Shown one piece after another: positions 29,467 through 32,000 of a stretch of DNA of 32,000 nt. Source of the DNA: an uncultured bacterium (GTDB lineage Bacteria; Verrucomicrobiota; Kiritimatiellia; RFP12; UBA1067); the NCBI GenBank assembly GCA_902769585.1, contig CACXPT010000024.1:12682-44681 (forward strand). Reading direction: 5' to 3'. The notes beneath the pieces were generated by a model. It worked only from the letters and a program-made list of their open reading frames with translations. It had not been told where the DNA came from and did not search any database. Within the stretch, counting starts at the first letter, position 1, and every line of letters begins with the position of its first letter. A program made the position numbers and the translations under genes.

Positions 29467-32000
29467 CTAGCGAACTATGATTGTCGTGCCGCCGGAGGAG
29501 ACGGTCACGTAGAGGCAGCCGTCCGCGACGACGGTTTTTGCCATCAGGCCCGGCTGCGACAGCTTCTCGGCCGGACGCACGCGAAGCGTCGCTGGCACCG
29601 TGATCGCTCCCTCCGCGGCGGCGATGAACAGCGTGTTGCCCGGCGCGATCTCGCCGTCGTCGAACGACGAGACGTCGAGCACCGCGTTGTCCGCCACCGT
29701 GAGCGCGCCCGTGATGTAGAAGTAGCCGTCCTGGTTTGCCGCCGGCGCGAGGGCGCCCGTCACCGCGAGGTCGCCGCCCTGCACGATGCCGCCGCCTGCG
29801 AGGCCGCCCACCGTGGCCGTGCCGCTCCCGACGGCGAGTCCGCCGCCCGCCAGCTCGACCATCGTGTTCGCGAGCGCCGCGGCCGCATCCACCTTGAGCG
29901 CCAGCACGCCCTTCCCGCGCTTCACGAGGCCGCCGTCCGTCGCCCCGCCGAGCGCGGGATCGGTCTCGATCGCCTGCGCGAACGTGAACTCCGCGTCCGA
30001 CGCGAAGCGGGAGGTGTCGACGACGAGTCCGTTCGTCGACGCGTAGACGTGCGTGAGCGCGCTTACCGTCCGGGCCGCCTCCGTGAGGCCGAGCGGAAGC
30101 AGCGTGCCGCCGTTGCCGTAGAGGATGCCCGTCGCGTCCGCGACGCTCTGCGTGAGCGCGCCGCCCACTTCCCACGTCGCGCCCGTGTTCAGGCGCGCCT
30201 CGGCGTAGTCGCCCGCGTAGCTGGCGAAATCCACGTTGCCCGTCACGGCGAAAAGACCGCCGTTCAGCTCGACGAAGACGTCGCTCGTGCGCCCGTACGG
30301 GCTGAAGGCGAACACGGCCTCGCCGCCGAACGCGAGCGTGCCGCCGTTCACCACGAGGTGGGACGTCGCCGTGCCGGGAGTCTTGACCGCCGTGTACCCC
30401 ATGCGCAGGTTGCCGGCGAAGAACGCCTCGCCGGTCGCAATACAAGCCACCCGTGTTGACGATCCGTCCGCCGTTCATCTGGAACGTCAGCTCGGTGCCC
30501 GCCTGGGAGTAGAAGCTCATGTAGAACTGCGACGTGAGGGAAATCGTGCCGTTGTTGAGAATGAGCGTGGCCTTCGCGTTTTTCGGGGACGAGTAGTTGC
30601 CGACGCCGATCTCGCGGCTGTTGACGTCGAGCGTCGGCGCGTTCTCGGGATCGTCCACCTCGCCCACGACGAACGTGCCCTCCGAGACGGAGAATCCGCG
30701 CACGGCCTTCGTCGGGCCGTCGCCGTTGGAAAAGCGCGTTCTCGACCCGTCTCCGGAGTTATTCTGCGCCGTATTGACCGCGAGCGTGTCCGTGCCGTGC
30801 AGGCGCAGGGTGCCGGTTCCCAGCTTCAGGAATGCGGACGTGCCGGTTCTCTCGATCTTGCCCACCGTCACGTCCGACGCGCTCTCGAACACGGCCGGAC
30901 GGCCCGCAGCCGCCTTGAACTGGAACCCGGGGATCTCCACGTCAGGCCCCGTGTAGAGGAGCGTGCCGAGGCCGAGCGTGAGCTGGTCGGGCGACTGGAT
31001 GAACGACAGGTCGTCCATCACCACGCGCCCGCTGCCCGTCGTGACCTTGCCCGTGAAGCCGGGGGCGACCTTCAGGTTCACCTGGCCGGCGTTCGTGACG
31101 ACATGCGTGTTGACCGTCACGTCCCGGTCTCCCGACACGCCGCCTTCGATGCGCAGCTCGTTTCCGTTCATCGTCTCCAAGGACGTGTTGTCCGCAAGCG
31201 TGATGGGCGAGGCCACCGTGTTGGTGCCGGACGTGTTGATGATCCGCGTGCAGCGTCCGCCGCCATCGAGCGTGATGGAGCCGCCGGAAAGCTTGTAGCC
31301 GTTCTTCGCCGAGGACGCCGCGAAGTCGAGAGAGCCCACCGTCACGTCGCCCGCGAGCGTCACGGGCACGTTCGCCTTCGTCGCCGGATTGAACACGGCC
31401 TTCGCGTTTTCGCCGGAGGGCGGCGCCGCGTTGTTCCAGTTGGCGGAATCCGCCCACGCGCCGCCCGCCGCGACGCTCGTCCACACGGGGACGCCGTCCG
31501 CCGCGTTCGCGGCGCTCGCGAACGTCACCACCACGGCCTTCATGCCGTCGAGGTCGCCGCCCGCAATCGTCTCCTGCCGCGCCGTCATCGTGAAGCGCGT
31601 CCCGGGAGGGACCCGGAAAAGCGAGAGGTCCACGTCCGCGTTCGAGGCGCTGTACACGAGCGCCGTGTAGGTGCCCACGCGCGGGACGCAGTCGAGGTCG
31701 TACTGGCCGCTGCGCGTCGTCACGGCGACGGGCGAGAGGACCGAGAGCGCGTTCGACACGACCACGCCCACGACTCCCTCCAGATCCACGCGCACCTCGA
31801 GCGTCACGGGCTCCGTGGCGCCGGCTTCGCCGAGCGTGAGGCTGCCGATCATGTTCGTGGCGACCCAGGTGCTCGCGATCGTTCCAGGGGCGAAGTCCGC
31901 CGCGAACGGCGCGGCGTAGACGTCAGAAATTACGTAGCGCGCGCCGTCCCGCACGTGGATGCCGCCCGTGAAGGTGCCGGCGGCGAACGTGGACTCGTAC
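29467..32000 (-). pseudogene. Large surface beta-strand-rich/autotransporter-associated repeat protein, 5' end beyond window, apparent single-base frameshift near 30439
   Basis: Frame with ...FQMNGGRIVNTGGLY (ORF 29444..31954) continues sensibly only in the neighbouring frame (ATGEAFFAGNLRMGYTAVKTPGTATSHLVVNGGTLAFGG..., ORF 29467..30450). Removing one T from the minus-strand TATTGCG gives LYATGEAFF. Confidence 0.65.

Overview
High-GC window, probably from the Verrucomicrobiota/Kiritimatiellota-Lentisphaerota neighbourhood (inferred from gene content only). It carries housekeeping genes (epmA-like, ilvD, secA, amt), an RND efflux permease and adaptor, a carbohydrate-degradation cluster (GH5-like, XylR-like regulator, large secreted beta-strand proteins, two further glycosidase-like proteins), two AAA ATPase-like proteins, and a FadL-like porin. 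The standout is at 2.1-5.8 kb. A REP-associated tyrosine transposase (RAYT, Y1/HUH family) is embedded in frame, without a stop codon, inside a fumarate-reductase/aspartate-oxidase-like flavoprotein gene. It is flanked by 46-bp double-hairpin palindromes (CCGGCGCG-GGG-CGCGCCGG / AACGTTT / GCGGCGCG-CCT-CGCGCCGC). The outer ends of the unit (4529-5317) are 789 bp apart, exactly 263 codons. The same hairpins form 36-bp (12-codon) tandem units twice in that gene, and a composite copy lies in frame in the neighbouring ilvD. This looks like a RAYT/palindrome system that lives inside protein-coding genes as encoded peptide inserts, loosely analogous to Rickettsia palindromic elements but with its candidate transposase present. 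A separate in-frame low-complexity repeat lies near the C-terminus of the AAA ATPase/nuclease-like gene at 13.5 kb. Two genes show apparent single-base frameshifts.
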